A stretch of DNA of 64,000 nt from contig CBDETY010000003.1 in the NCBI GenBank assembly GCA_965243025.1, positions 3,040,001 through 3,104,000 on the forward strand, written 5' to 3'. The position numbers were made by a program, and so were the translations under genes. Under the pieces are notes generated by a model, which made no database searches, was not told where the DNA came from, and saw nothing but the letters and a program-made list of their open reading frames with translations. Below are positions 1 to 12,546 of the stretch, piece by piece. The DNA comes from Candidatus Latescibacterota bacterium. GTDB lineage: Bacteria > Latescibacterota > UBA2968 > UBA8231. The stretch's first letter is position 1. Each line of letters opens with the position of its first letter.

Positions 1-1111
1 GCAACTTTGCAGCAGGAACGGATACAGCAAGCGCGATGAATGCGAGAATAACTGATTCAATTGTGAACTGTATGAAGACCTGCCACTTGCCAGCTCCAAT
101 CGTCCTACGAAGCCCCACTTCAGGTGTACGTGATACACTGCGGGCAATCGCCAGATTCGCGAAATTAGCCGAGGCGATGAGCATTACCATCATCACAACG
201 ATGATGGCTGCGTAGATTACACGGATATCAGGCCCGGTCGAAGCTTCCTCCCACACCAGGCTCGTACCATAATCCATTGTCCCGTACAGGTGGATTCGAG
301 TTAAATTTTGCAGTCGATAAGCGTCTGTCTCAGTAGTTTCAGGGCCAAGATGGCTTGCCATTAATGCATTTAGTTCTTCTTCTACAGCACTCTCATCCCC
401 CTGCCCAATTTTTAACCAGGTTTGCACGGGAATCCATGAGAGGTGATCGCTCCAGTCTTCCCATGCGTGGTAGGCTGTCCCGGAATCCGGGATGGTCGAG
501 GAGAGAGCATCGAATTGCATGGTCGATTGCGTTGGCAAGCTGGCGAGAATACCGGTCACCATGTACTCCCCACCGAACCAAACATGCTCAAGATTGACCA
601 ACTTACCGATAGGATCCTCCTCTCCGAACAGCCTCGACGCCAGATCTCTGGTGACAACAAGAGACCAAGGATGTCGAAGGACTCCCGACATCTCTCCCTC
701 CTGAAGCGGGAAGTCAAACACTTCAAGGAAGTTTTCATCGACGACCCAATGGTCTACCGACAGTGTTTCGTTGCCGCGGCGTATCCAACGAGGTCCCATC
801 CCAGTACCGTCCCACACTCGCGTTGCAGCCTGCACTTCAGGAATGCTTCCTTGCGCTGCTTCCGCCAAAGCACCGGATACGCCCGTGCTGACATTGGCTG
901 CTCCCCCAGATTGGGATACTCGGAGAACACGGTGAATTCGTTGAAAGTCGGTGTGTTGGGAATTGAACTGTGTTTCGTAATCCACGTACGTAATTACGAG
1001 CGAGGCAAGTACCAAGCTTGCCGAAAGTCCACACACATTGATCGCCGATTGCCCCTTCTGCGCAAGTGCAATCCGAACCGCGATTTTTACGTAGTTGGCA
1101 AGGAGGCTCAA
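1..1111 (-). CDS. MacB/FtsX-family ABC transporter permease (partial, runs off left edge)
   Basis: Manual translation from TTG 1111: LSLLANYVKIAVRIALAQKGQSAINVCGLS...; same frame near position 1: LIASANFANLAIARSVSRTPEVGLRRTIGAGKWQVFIQF (FtsX signature). Not in the ORF track, presumably because it has no stop in the window. Confidence 0.85.
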   Translation of the reverse strand, partial: MSLLANYVKIAVRIALAQKGQSAINVCGLSASLVLASLVITYVDYETQFNSQHTDFQRIHRVLRVSQSGGAANVSTGVSGALAEAAQGSIPEVQAATRVWDGTGMGPRWIRRGNETLSVDHWVVDENFLEVFDFPLQEGEMSGVLRHPWSLVVTRDLASRLFGEEDPIGKLVNLEHVWFGGEYMVTGILASLPTQSTMQFDALSSTIPDSGTAYHAWEDWSDHLSWIPVQTWLKIGQGDESAVEEELNALMASHLGPETTETDAYRLQNLTRIHLYGTMDYGTSLVWEEASTGPDIRVIYAAIIVVMMVMLIASANFANLAIARSVSRTPEVGLRRTIGAGKWQVFIQFTIESVILAFIALAVSVPAAKL

Positions 1112-1462
1112 AATTGTTCTCTCAGTTGAACGGAACCAATGCACAGGTAAAGCCTGGCCGTAGAGAATTCATGCAAGTCGGCACCGGAAATCGAAGATCG
1201 GGCTAATGCGTCACAACCGCAAAGAGGTACCCCGGATATCCGAAATGGACGGCTTGCAGAGCCCGGGGATCAGGCACTGAAGGGGGGCTTTCGGATCCTT
1301 TATAATGCCGAGGACGAGGCCGCCTGAAAATCTCCGAATCCGGGTAACTGCCACGGGGAGCCGTCTCAGCACGAAAGTCGTCCGTTCGGCTTGGCAACCG
1401 CCCCCGTTCTGGCCCCCGGTTTTTTTCACTGCCTCAGGTATCCTTGCCATGATCTGATCAAC

Positions 1463-2813
1463 TCAGAAGCGCAGCGAGAACACCGTCCGCTCCCCCGGTC
1501 GCGTGCGCACCGAGATGGAGCCGCGGTGGAGCCTCATGATCTGGCGGCACAGGCTCAGTCCGATGCCGGAGCCGTTCTGCTTGGTCGTGAAGAAGGGGAT
1601 GAAGAGCTTGCCGAGGGCCTCCTCGACGATCCCCGGCCCGTTGTCGGCGACCTCGACGACCACCTTCCCACGCACCAGGTGAGCGCTCAGGTCGACGCGC
1701 CCCCCGTCCCCGCTCTCTGTGGCTTCGCGGGCATTGCTCAGCAGGTTGATGAGGACCTGCTCGACCTGGCCGGGATCCGCCGTGAGCTCGAGGCCGGGGG
1801 GATCGACCCGGGTGTGCAGCTCGACACCCGACTCCGCGAACTGCGGCCCCAGCAGCTGCTCGACGCGGGCGAAAAGCCCGGCCACCGGCACGATCTCGAA
1901 CGAAGGCGCCGGCACCCGGGTGAGCCCGCGGTAGGTCTCGACGAACTGCAACAGGCCCTCGCTACGCCGCTGAATCGTGCCGACCGCGGTGCGGATGTCT
2001 TCGGCGGTCTCGCCATCAGGGCCCCCCTCCTTCAGCATGCCGTCGGCGGTGGCGGCCAGCGAGGCGATCGGGGTGATGGAGTTCATGATCTCGTGGGTGA
2101 GAACGCGGATCAGGTTGTGCCAGGCCTCCGTCTCCTTCTCGTCGAGGTCGGGACCGATGTCCTGGAGCGCCACCAGGGTGTGCTCGCGGTCCCCGGTGCG
2201 GAACACCGAGGCGTGCAGGGCGAGCTGGGTCTCCCCGAAGCGCACCAGGTCGCGGCCCCGGGGACCCAGGTTCTTCAGGGTGGCGGCAAGGCCGGGACTG
2301 ACGCGTGCGAGAGCGGCGATTTCGCCCAACCGGGGCACCCCCAGAAGGCGCTTGGCGGCGTTGTTGATCAGCGACACCCTGCCGTTTCCGTCGAACACGA
2401 GCAGGCCGACGCCGATGTGCTGCACCACGGTCTGCAGGTAGCGTGCCTGTTCCTCCTTTTCGGCCCGCGCCAGGCGGAAGGCGTCGAGCACCTCGTTGAA
2501 CGCCGTCTTCAGCTCGTCGAAGGAGGAGCCGAGACCCCCGGCGCCGAGGGTCTGCGAGAAGTCGGCGTAGCGGATGGCGGCGAGGAAGCGGGCCAGCTCG
2601 CGGTTGGTGCGGTCGACGAAACGGACGAGGCCGAAGACCTGGTAGAGGAGGAGGCCGGTGGCGGTTACGGCAGGGTAGCTCCATCCTTCAGCCGTCATGT
2701 GGAACAGCAGCCAAAGGGTGACGCCCAGAAGGAGGACGCGTAGGAGGATTCGGGCGCGGAAGGTGCGGCAGCCTTGAACCAGGCTGCTCGGGAGACTCGT
2801 CAGCTTCCGGGCC

Positions 2814-2824
<11 letters not shown>
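1463..2824 (-). CDS. NtrY-like sensor histidine kinase (2 TM, PAS, HisKA, HATPase)
   Basis: H-box LTHEIMNSITPI, N-box NLLSNA, G1 DNGPGI, F-box PFFTTK, G2 GSGIGL; overlaps the regulator stop. Confidence 0.93.
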
Positions 2825-4190
<1,366 letters not shown>

Positions 4191-4543
4191 GGAAGAGGGG
4201 TCCCGGGAAATTCGCTCAGTCGCTCAGGCGGGCCGGGCCGCTGGTTTCGGCGAATCGGCTTTGATGGGGCCGCCGGGGAGTACCGCCTCCCGGGACGGCC
4301 CCGGCCATCCGGCACCGGGAAGGTATCGGGGCAAAAAGTTCAGGTATGGATTCGAGACACCGCACTTCAGCATGCGGGCCAGGGCGCTTCCGGCTGCGGC
4401 CGTGGAAGTGCCCCCGAACGGAGGCCAGGCTTGGAAATGCGGAAATTCCAGCGCTCGAGCCGGGAGGCTTTGAAATTGACGAGCCCGGGGGTCGCGCAGC
4501 GGCCACTTGCAAGGGCTGGAAGCATGCCCTGACAGGGTTCCGG

Positions 4544-4581
4544 GTGTACGCCAGCGGACACCCGGTGTATCGCCAGCGGAC
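4544..4581. promoter_or_regulatory. Tandem enhancer (UAS)-like repeats
   Basis: GTGTACGCCAGCGGAC and GTGTATCGCCAGCGGAC in tandem, ~70-100 bp upstream of a sigma54-like box and next to a bEBP gene. Confidence 0.45.
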
Positions 4582-4649
4582 GGCCAGGGGCCTCCCCTCC
4601 GTCGGGACGATTCGTTTCATCCCGTTGTTTTCCAGAAGGTTAGGTGACA

Positions 4650-4665
4650 TAGCACGCATCTTGCT
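4650..4665 (+). promoter_or_regulatory. Sigma54 -24/-12 promoter-like box (variant)
   Basis: TAGCAC-GCATC-TTGCT vs consensus TGGCAC-N5-TTGC(A/T); first G of GG replaced by A. Confidence 0.5.
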
Positions 4666-4708
4666 TCGGCGGAATCAAGGACTGCGTCAAGATACAGGTG
4701 AAAATATC

Positions 4709-6061
4709 ATGCCTGCGAATATCCGGATCTTCCCCAAGAGCAGGGTCGAGCCTGCCGAATCCGACCCCGGCAGCACCCGCCATGGGGGCGGCCTCGGCAT
4801 GGACCGCAGACTCGAGAAGCGGCGCTTCACCCCGCGGCGGGTCGCCCTGGGCGCCGCGGTCCTGCTGCTGGCCGGTCTGTGCGGTTACGCCCTGCTCGCC
4901 GATTTCGGGGTGCGCAGGCTGAACGTCGAGCGCGAAAGGCTGACCCTGTCGGCGGTCGAGCTCGGCCCGTTCCTGGAGTACATCCCGGTGCGGGGCACGG
5001 TGGCGCCGCTGCGCACCGTGTACCTCGACGCCCTGGAGAGCGGCCAGGTGGTGCAGGTGTTCGCCGAGGAGGGGACCGGGGTTGCCGTGGGAGACCCGCT
5101 GCTGCGCCTCGCCAACCCCGACCTCGAGCTGACCATCCTGCAGCAGGAGGCCGGGCTGGAGCGCAGCAGGGAGGAGCTGCTCAACGGCCGGCTGACCATG
5201 GAGCAGAATCTGCTGGCCTCGCGCAAGGCGCTGATGGAGATCGAGTACCGGCTCGCCGTCGACAAGCGCAACTTCGAGCGTTACCGGGACCTGCCGGCGG
5301 AGGATCTGGCCGCCATCATGTCACGCCAGGAGTACGAGCGCCTGCGCGACGAGTATGAATACAGCGCCCGCCGCATGGCGCTGACCCGCGAGACCCTCAC
5401 CCAGGACTCGCTGCTGGCGGCGAGCAGGGTGGCGCAGCTGGTCTCGGCGGTGGAGCGCACCGGGCGCGATCTCGCGATCGTCCGGCGGCGGCTGGACAAC
5501 CTGACGGTGCGAGCCCCGGTGGCCGGGCAGCTGACCTCGCTGGACGCCGAGGTCGGAGAGAGCAAGGGCGCGGGAGCGCGGCTTGGACAGATCGACATGA
5601 CCGAGGGCTTCAAGGTGCGGGCAACCATCGACGAGCATTACATCGGCCGCGTCGGCCGCGGGCAGCGGGGCAGCTTCGACAGCGGCGAACAGCCGTACGG
5701 CCTTGTTGTCAGCAAGGTCTACCCCGAGGTCAGGGAGGGGGGTTTCGAGGTCGACCTCCTGTTCGACGGGGAAGCGCCCGGGGGGATACGCCGGGGCCAG
5801 AGCCTGCTCGTCCGCCTGGAGCTGGGCAACCTCGAGGAGGCGGTGCAGGTGGCGCGCGGCGGGTTCTACCAGTCGACCGGGGGCCACTGGGCCTACGTGC
5901 TCGACGCATCCGGCGATCGGGCGGCGCGGCGCTCCATCAGGCTCGGGCGCCAGAACCCCCGGGTCTACGAGGTGCTGGAGGGACTCGAGCCTGGGGAGCG
6001 GGTAATCACCTCGAGCTACGAGAGCTTCGGGGAAAACATCGACGTGCTGGTGATGCGGTAA
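4709..6061 (+). CDS. Efflux RND/ABC periplasmic adaptor (HlyD/MacA family)
   Basis: N-terminal TM, lipoyl-like GTGVAVGDPLLRL, VRAPVAGQL, C-terminal GLEPGERVI; start ATG 4709 or 4799. Confidence 0.9.
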   Translation: MPANIRIFPKSRVEPAESDPGSTRHGGGLGMDRRLEKRRFTPRRVALGAAVLLLAGLCGYALLADFGVRRLNVERERLTLSAVELGPFLEYIPVRGTVAPLRTVYLDALESGQVVQVFAEEGTGVAVGDPLLRLANPDLELTILQQEAGLERSREELLNGRLTMEQNLLASRKALMEIEYRLAVDKRNFERYRDLPAEDLAAIMSRQEYERLRDEYEYSARRMALTRETLTQDSLLAASRVAQLVSAVERTGRDLAIVRRRLDNLTVRAPVAGQLTSLDAEVGESKGAGARLGQIDMTEGFKVRATIDEHYIGRVGRGQRGSFDSGEQPYGLVVSKVYPEVREGGFEVDLLFDGEAPGGIRRGQSLLVRLELGNLEEAVQVARGGFYQSTGGHWAYVLDASGDRAARRSIRLGRQNPRVYEVLEGLEPGERVITSSYESFGENIDVLVMR

Positions 6062-6087
6062 GCGCGCACGGAAGGAGAAGAGGAAAG

Positions 6088-6813
6088 ATGACCGAACACG
6101 CGGCGCACACCGGAAACGGCAAGGCAACGCTGATCCGCACCGTGGGGCTGCGCAAGGTCTACACCACCGAGGAGGTGGAGACGACCGCCCTCGACAACGT
6201 CAACCTCGAGATCGCCGACGGGGAGTTCGCCGCCGTCATGGGGCCGTCCGGCTGCGGCAAGTCGACGCTGCTCAACCTGCTCGGCCTGCTCGACAACCCG
6301 ACCGGGGGGGAGTACTGGCTGCTGGAGGAAGAGGTCTCGACCTACTCCGAGCGCCTGCGGGCCAACCTTCGCAAGGGGACCATCGGCTTCGTCTTCCAGT
6401 CCTACAACCTGATCAACGAGCTGACCGTCCACGAGAACGTCGAGCTGCCCCTGCTCTACATGGGCCTGCCGGGCCGGGAGCGCCGGGAGCGGGTGAGGTC
6501 CATCCTCGACCGGATGCAGATCACCCACCGCGGCAAGCACTTTCCGCAGCAGCTGTCAGGCGGCCAGCAGCAGCGCGTGGCGGTGGCGAGGGCGCTGGTC
6601 TCGGAGCCGAAACTGGTGCTCGCCGACGAGCCGACGGGCAACCTCGACTCGCGCCACGGAGACGAGGTCATGGAGATGCTCACCGAGATGAACCGGAACG
6701 GCACCACGGTGGTGATGGTGACGCACTCGCCGGCCTACGCCGACTTCGCCCACCGGGTCATCCACCTGTTCGACGGCAGGATCGTGACCGAGAACATCGC
6801 CGGGGAGCGCTGA
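6088..6813 (+). CDS. ABC transporter ATP-binding protein (LolD/MacB-type)
   Basis: [25 protein letters not shown]. Confidence 0.95.
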   Translation: MTEHAAHTGNGKATLIRTVGLRKVYTTEEVETTALDNVNLEIADGEFAAVMGPSGCGKSTLLNLLGLLDNPTGGEYWLLEEEVSTYSERLRANLRKGTIGFVFQSYNLINELTVHENVELPLLYMGLPGRERRERVRSILDRMQITHRGKHFPQQLSGGQQQRVAVARALVSEPKLVLADEPTGNLDSRHGDEVMEMLTEMNRNGTTVVMVTHSPAYADFAHRVIHLFDGRIVTENIAGER

Positions 6814-6845
6814 AGGGGACCGGGGGAACTGCAAGGAACGGGACC

Positions 6846-9224
6846 ATGTGGAAGAGCAACCTGACCATTGCCCTGCGCGTGCTGGGGCGAAACAAGGCGA
6901 TCTCGCTGATCAACGTCGTCGGACTGTCCGCCGCCCTGGCGGTGGTGGTGCTGTGTCTGCTGTTCGTGCGGCACGAGACCTCCTACGACTCATGGCACGA
7001 AAAAAGGGACCGAATATTCGTCATCTATCGTGAACTGATAGAGCCAAAACCCGGTTCCGACTTCAATCGTTCCACGATGACAGGTTACAGTCTGCGCGAG
7101 GACGTGCGCACTAAAGTCACCGGCATCCGCGAATCGGTTTCCGTGAGGTCGGGATACGGGCAAGTCTCGTATGGCGATGCAAACTTTGGTGAGCCCTTCC
7201 TCGCTGTCGATCCGGCCTTTCTCACCATGTTCACCTTGCCGCTGGCTGCGGGCGATGCGGCGACCGCCCTCGACGATCCGCAGAGCGTTGTGCTCGCCCA
7301 CGAGACCGCGCGGAAGTACTTCGGCCCCGAGGTGCCAGCCTACGCCATGGTGGGCGAGCGCATCCGGCTGCACACCGTCGAGTGGGACTACTCGACCTCG
7401 CCACCGAAGGAGACGCCCATCGAGGTGGACCGTACCGTCACAGGAGTGCTGGCACCCCTGCCGGGGCTTTCCATTCTGTGGCTAGACGTACTCGTGCCCT
7501 CAGTAACGGCCAAGGCTTTGAAATTAAGGGGCGTGTCCGGGCTTTTTGTTGAACTCGAAGAGGGCGTAGAGCCTGCCGAAGTGGAAACCCGGCTGGAGCC
7601 CCTGATCGTGCGGGACCGATTGAAGTTGCAACCTTTTGCGGGCGCTCACCTGGGACCTGGTATAACGGGACCCGCCAGCTTTGGTGTTGGCACGGTCGAG
7701 CATGTCTATCTGCTGGCGGGGCTGGCCGCGGTCGTGCTGCTGATCGCTGCCATCAATTTCGTCAACCTCGCCATGAGCCGCGCCATGACGCGAACCTTGG
7801 AAGTCGGGGTGCGCAAGGCGATCGGCGCGACACGCCACCAGCTTTCCAACCAGTTCCTCGCCGAAGCAATCGTGGTAAGCCTGATCGCCATCGTCGTTGG
7901 CATGGGCCTCGCCGAAGTGGCGCTGCCGACGTTCAACGCGGTCGTGCATCAGCAGCTGGAGATCGAGTGGTTTTCAGTCGAGACGGGGACAGGTGCCTTG
8001 ACCCTGGCCTTGGTGGTCGGCGTTCTCTCGGGTTTGTATCCGGCCCACGTCATCGCGCGGCTCCATCCCGTTCGGGCACTTGCCCGGAAGACGCCTCAGC
8101 CCGGTCGCGGTCTGCTCGGTCGCGGTCTGATTGTCGTGCAGTTTGCTCTGTCGGCCGTCCTCGTCGTCGTGACGATCACCATGGAGCGACAGCTCGCCTT
8201 CATGCAAACCAAGGATTTGGGCTTCGACGGCGACCGGGTCGTGCTGGCTGGAGGCGGTCTCAATGCTTTGCAGATTGAGCGCCTCGCTCACGTGATCAAT
8301 TCTCGTCCGGGACTTGTACAAGGAGTCGCAGGTGCCTCGGCAGCACCTGGCTCTGGCGGCCTTCGCCCCAAACCACTCCAGTCCGGTGAGAAAGTGCTCC
8401 GCGCCAAGCCCTTCTACGTAAGTCCAAACTTCCTGGGGGTTATGGGTATCGAGTTGCTCTCTGGTCAGGGCTTCGACTCTAATCTTCCGCACGGTGTCCT
8501 GCTCAACGAGACCGCCGCGCGCTTCTTCGGCACCGAAGACCTGATCGGCCGCACCTTGACGGCTTCCCAGGGTGATGACGAACCGATGACGGTAATCGGC
8601 ATAGTCGAGGATTTCCACTTCGAGGACATGCGCCATTCCATAGGGCCAGCCTTCCTGACAACGCTTATGCGGGGCGATTGGTTCTTTCACAACACCTTGC
8701 TCCGCCTCGACCGCGCCGATCTGCCCGCGGCGGTCGAAGAGGTAAAGGCGCTGTGGAAGCGGGCTCTGCCGGATTACGAATTACACGGCGTGCGCTTCCT
8801 CGACGAGTCCTTTGCAGAGGAATACCGGGAGGAACGGCGCGTCGGGACTGTCATGAAGTGGATGAGCGCAATCGCCCTGGCCATCTCCTGCATGGGACTC
8901 GTCGGGCTCGCCGCCCTCGCCGCGGCGCGGCGCACCCGGGAAATCGGCATCCGCAAGGTCCTCGGGGCTACCACCGGCAGCGTGCTGATGATGATGTCGC
9001 GCGAGTTCGGGTGGCTCGTGGTGGCCGCCAACGCCATCGCCTGGCCCGTCGCCTTCTTCGTCCTCGACCGCTGGCTCGCCTTCTACGCCTACCGCATCGA
9101 CCAGAGTCCGGGGTGGTTCGTTCTGGCCGGCGCCGGTGTCCTCGCGGTCGCCCTGGCCACTGTCAGCGGGCAGACTTGGCTGGCGGCGCGAACCAACCCG
9201 GCGGATGCATTGAGATACGAGTAG
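6846..9224 (+). CDS. MacB/FtsX ABC permease (duplicated-domain type)
   Basis: Two FtsX motifs ([20 protein letters not shown]); C-terminus NPADALRYE. Confidence 0.93.
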   Translation: MWKSNLTIALRVLGRNKAISLINVVGLSAALAVVVLCLLFVRHETSYDSWHEKRDRIFVIYRELIEPKPGSDFNRSTMTGYSLREDVRTKVTGIRESVSVRSGYGQVSYGDANFGEPFLAVDPAFLTMFTLPLAAGDAATALDDPQSVVLAHETARKYFGPEVPAYAMVGERIRLHTVEWDYSTSPPKETPIEVDRTVTGVLAPLPGLSILWLDVLVPSVTAKALKLRGVSGLFVELEEGVEPAEVETRLEPLIVRDRLKLQPFAGAHLGPGITGPASFGVGTVEHVYLLAGLAAVVLLIAAINFVNLAMSRAMTRTLEVGVRKAIGATRHQLSNQFLAEAIVVSLIAIVVGMGLAEVALPTFNAVVHQQLEIEWFSVETGTGALTLALVVGVLSGLYPAHVIARLHPVRALARKTPQPGRGLLGRGLIVVQFALSAVLVVVTITMERQLAFMQTKDLGFDGDRVVLAGGGLNALQIERLAHVINSRPGLVQGVAGASAAPGSGGLRPKPLQSGEKVLRAKPFYVSPNFLGVMGIELLSGQGFDSNLPHGVLLNETAARFFGTEDLIGRTLTASQGDDEPMTVIGIVEDFHFEDMRHSIGPAFLTTLMRGDWFFHNTLLRLDRADLPAAVEEVKALWKRALPDYELHGVRFLDESFAEEYREERRVGTVMKWMSAIALAISCMGLVGLAALAAARRTREIGIRKVLGATTGSVLMMMSREFGWLVVAANAIAWPVAFFVLDRWLAFYAYRIDQSPGWFVLAGAGVLAVALATVSGQTWLAARTNPADALRYE

Positions 9225-9315
9225 GAGAAGGGATCGAACGAGAACTTCGTCAGGGAGCGCTGGAGCCGGGAGAGGCGGGGTCCCAGGAGGCCCGGGAAAC
9301 TAAAAGGAGCAAACC

Positions 9316-11727
9316 ATGTGGAAGAGCAACCTGATCATTGCCCTGCGCGTGCTGGGACGCAACAAGGGGATCTCGCTGATCAACGCCGTCGGACTGTCCG
9401 CGGCCTTGGCGGTGGTGGTGCTGTGTCTGCTGTTCGTGCGGCACGAGACCTCCTACGACTCATGGCACGAAAAGGGGGACCGGATCTTTCTGATTTATTC
9501 TGAATCCCAACGGCATAACTACAAGATGACATACCTGCGTTCCGAGCTGCGCGATGCGGTGCGCACGACCGTAGCCGGCATCCGCGAATCGGTCCACATG
9601 CACCTTGTTGAGGGCAAGGTCTCCTACGGCGAGTCGAGCTTCGAGGGGCGTTTTCTGGCTGTCGATCCGGCCTTCCTCACCCTGTTCACCCTTCCGCTGG
9701 CCGCCGGTGACCCGTCAACCGCCCTCGACGAGCCTCACAGTGTCGTCCTCGCCCACGGGACGGCGCGGAAGTACTTCGGCTCCGATATCCCAGTTCACGC
9801 CATGCTGGGAGAACGTATTCGGCTGAACCATGTCGAGCGCGACAGGTTTGGTGCACCCAAGGAGACCATAGGGGTTGAGCGCATCATCACCGGAGTGCTT
9901 GCTCCCCTGCCCGGGCCTTCCATACTGCATTTGGAGGTGATCGTTCCCGAAAAAACCGCCGAAGAACTTCGTTTCCTCGGTGCACCGGGACTGTTTATCG
10001 AGCTGGAAGGGGGCGTGAATCCGGCTGAGTTTGAAACGCGGCTGGCGCAACTGGGCACCCAGTACGGTCTCGGGGACAGGAAGGCCTCACTTAAACTGGT
10101 ACCCTTCAAGGACGCTCACTTCGGGCCGGAAATCCTTGGACCAGCCGCCGTGGGCCGCGGCAAGATCGAGCACTGCTTTCTGCTGGCCGGGCTGGCCGCT
10201 GTCGTGCTCCTGATCGCCGCCATCAACTTCGTCAACCTCGCCCTTGGCCGAGGCATGTCCCGCACTCTCGAGGTCGGCCTGCGCAAGGCGATCGGGGCCA
10301 CTCGACCCCAGCTCTCCAACCAGTTCCTTGCCGAAGCCATCGTCGTCAGTCTGATCGCCGTTGCCGGTGGCATGGCCCTGGCTGAATTGCTCCTTCCGTC
10401 CTTCAACCAAGTCGTACATCGACAGCTCGAACTTGAGTGGCTGTCCCTCGAGACCGGGACAGCCGCCCTGACCCTGGCCTTGTTAGTCGGCTTACTCTCC
10501 GGCTTGTACCCCGCCCTGGTCATCGCCCGCCTGCACCCGGTTCAGGCTCTCTCCAGAAAGGGCCCACAGCTTGGCCGCGGCCTTGTCGGCCGCGGTCTGA
10601 TCCTTCTGCAATTCGCCCTGTCGACCTTCCTCGTCGTCGTGACGATCACCATGGAGCGACAACTGGACTTCATGCTCACCAAGGACTTGGGTTTCGACCG
10701 CGACCGGGTGGTTAGGACAAGGGTCTTCGGCGATGTCGACGTTTTGCAGATCGAGCGGCTCGCCGGCGAAATCGACTCCCGACCGGGACTGGTCAAGGGA
10801 GTGGCCGGGGCCGAAACACCACCTGGCGCTGGTGGGTCGAACCTCACACAACTCCAGCTTGGCGAGAAATCCATCCTTGCCAAGCCCTTTCAGGTAGGTC
10901 CGGGTTTCCTGCAAGTCATGGGGATCGATCTCATCTCAGGCCGGGACTTCGCCCAGAACAACGAGCCGGGTCAGCGGCAAGGCATCCTCATCAACGAGAC
11001 CGCCGCCCGCCTCCTGGGACCCGAAAACCCGGTCGGCCGCTTTCTGACGTTTCCCGATTACGGTAATGAATCGATGCCGGTGATCGGCATTGTCGAGGAC
11101 TTCCACTACGAGGACTTCCGCTATGCAGTGGGGCCGGTCTTCCTGACCACGTCCTATTTAGTGCGCGGGTTTCGTAGAATGGACGAGTACGAAAGCATTG
11201 TGTTCCGGCTCGACCACCGCGACCTGCCCACGTCGGTCGAGGAGGTGAAGGCGCTGTGGAAGCGGGTTCTGCCCGAGCAGGAATTACAAGGGGTGAGTTT
11301 CCTCAACAATAATTTTTATTGGGCACATGAGACCGAGCGTCGCGTCGGGACTGTCATGAAGTGGATGAGCGCGATCGCCCTGATCATCTCCTGCATGGGC
11401 CTCGTTGGGCTCGCCGCCCTCGCCGCCGCACGGCGCACCCGGGAAATCGGCATCCGCAAGGTCCTCGGGGCCACCACCGGTAGCGTAATGATGATGATGT
11501 CGCGCGAGTTCGGGTGGCTCGTGATTGCCGCAAACGCCATCGCCTGGCCCGTCGCCTCCTTGGTCCTCGACCGCTGGCTCGCCTTCTACGCCTACCGCAT
11601 CGACCAGAGCCCGGCCTGGTTCGCGTTGGCCGGCGCCGGCGTCCTCGCCGTCGCCCTGGCCGCTGTCAGCGGGCAGACTTGGCTGGCGGCGCGGACCAAC
11701 CCGGCCGACGCCCTCAGGTACGAGTAG
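9316..11727 (+). CDS. MacB/FtsX ABC permease, close paralogue of 6846..9224
   Basis: Same architecture; near-identical 5' and 3' ends. Confidence 0.93.
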   Translation: MWKSNLIIALRVLGRNKGISLINAVGLSAALAVVVLCLLFVRHETSYDSWHEKGDRIFLIYSESQRHNYKMTYLRSELRDAVRTTVAGIRESVHMHLVEGKVSYGESSFEGRFLAVDPAFLTLFTLPLAAGDPSTALDEPHSVVLAHGTARKYFGSDIPVHAMLGERIRLNHVERDRFGAPKETIGVERIITGVLAPLPGPSILHLEVIVPEKTAEELRFLGAPGLFIELEGGVNPAEFETRLAQLGTQYGLGDRKASLKLVPFKDAHFGPEILGPAAVGRGKIEHCFLLAGLAAVVLLIAAINFVNLALGRGMSRTLEVGLRKAIGATRPQLSNQFLAEAIVVSLIAVAGGMALAELLLPSFNQVVHRQLELEWLSLETGTAALTLALLVGLLSGLYPALVIARLHPVQALSRKGPQLGRGLVGRGLILLQFALSTFLVVVTITMERQLDFMLTKDLGFDRDRVVRTRVFGDVDVLQIERLAGEIDSRPGLVKGVAGAETPPGAGGSNLTQLQLGEKSILAKPFQVGPGFLQVMGIDLISGRDFAQNNEPGQRQGILINETAARLLGPENPVGRFLTFPDYGNESMPVIGIVEDFHYEDFRYAVGPVFLTTSYLVRGFRRMDEYESIVFRLDHRDLPTSVEEVKALWKRVLPEQELQGVSFLNNNFYWAHETERRVGTVMKWMSAIALIISCMGLVGLAALAAARRTREIGIRKVLGATTGSVMMMMSREFGWLVIAANAIAWPVASLVLDRWLAFYAYRIDQSPAWFALAGAGVLAVALAAVSGQTWLAARTNPADALRYE

Positions 11728-11869
11728 TGATCCTTACCGTGAGCTGGTTCTGGAAGAAGCGAGAAGGCGGCGAAAGCCTCGTTGGCGAAGCGGTCCACCG
11801 GGGCGATACGGGGGACCCTGACCCCCGCAAGGACCCTGCACACGCAGTAACCACCGAAAGGAAACCGCC

Positions 11870-12544
11870 GTGATCGAGATGCGCGACATCGAGAAATACC
11901 ACCGGTCCGGCTCCTTCAAGACCTACGTGCTGCGACACGTGAACCTCGAGGTCGAGGCGGGGGAGTTCCTGTCGATCATGGGGCCGAGCGGCGCCGGCAA
12001 GTCGACGCTGCTGCACATCATGGGCATGCTCGACGAGCCGACTGCCGGCGAGTACCGGTTTCTCGGCAAGCAGGTGAGCGGACTGAGCGAGAAAGAGCGC
12101 ACCGAGGTGCACCGGCGGCACATCGGCTTCGTCTTCCAGGCCTACCACCTGATCGACGAGCAGACGGTGTACGAAAACCTGGAGATGCCCCTGCTCTACC
12201 AGCAGGTGAAGAGGTCCGAGCGCAGGGCGCGCGTGAGCGAGTTGCTCGACCGCTTCCAGATGGTCGTCAAGAAAGACCTGTTCCCGCACCAGCTCTCCGG
12301 CGGCGAGCAGCAGCGCGTCGGCGTCGCCCGCGCCCTGATCGGACGACCGGCGCTGATCCTCGCCGACGAGCCCACGGGCAACCTCAACTCCATGCAGGGG
12401 GAAGAGGTGATGGCCATGCTGCGGGAGCTGAACGACGAGGGCACGACGATCGTTCAGGTGACGCACTCGGAGAAGAACGCCGGCTACGGCAGCCGGGTGG
12501 CGCATCTGTTGGACGGCAGGATAGAGCTCGAGGGAAAGTGCTGA
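11870..12544 (+). CDS. ABC transporter ATP-binding protein
   Basis: [24 protein letters not shown]. Confidence 0.95.
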   Translation: MIEMRDIEKYHRSGSFKTYVLRHVNLEVEAGEFLSIMGPSGAGKSTLLHIMGMLDEPTAGEYRFLGKQVSGLSEKERTEVHRRHIGFVFQAYHLIDEQTVYENLEMPLLYQQVKRSERRARVSELLDRFQMVVKKDLFPHQLSGGEQQRVGVARALIGRPALILADEPTGNLNSMQGEEVMAMLRELNDEGTTIVQVTHSEKNAGYGSRVAHLLDGRIELEGKC

Positions 12545-12546
12545 CC

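Noticed and set aside
443-1129. 228-aa plus-strand ORF and many other long overlapping ORFs (e.g. 1391..2743, 47287..48660, 50689..52524)
   Set aside because: Antisense shadows of clearly identifiable genes in GC-rich DNA.
1140-1156. GG-N10-GC on the minus strand upstream of the first permease
   Set aside because: Flanking bases match the sigma54 consensus poorly; could be chance.
1265-1277. GGGGATCAGGCAC also at 36111-36123, with shorter matches near 34250 and 34971
   Set aside because: Short, no shared flanks or consistent structure; cannot be distinguished from chance or weak terminator remnants.
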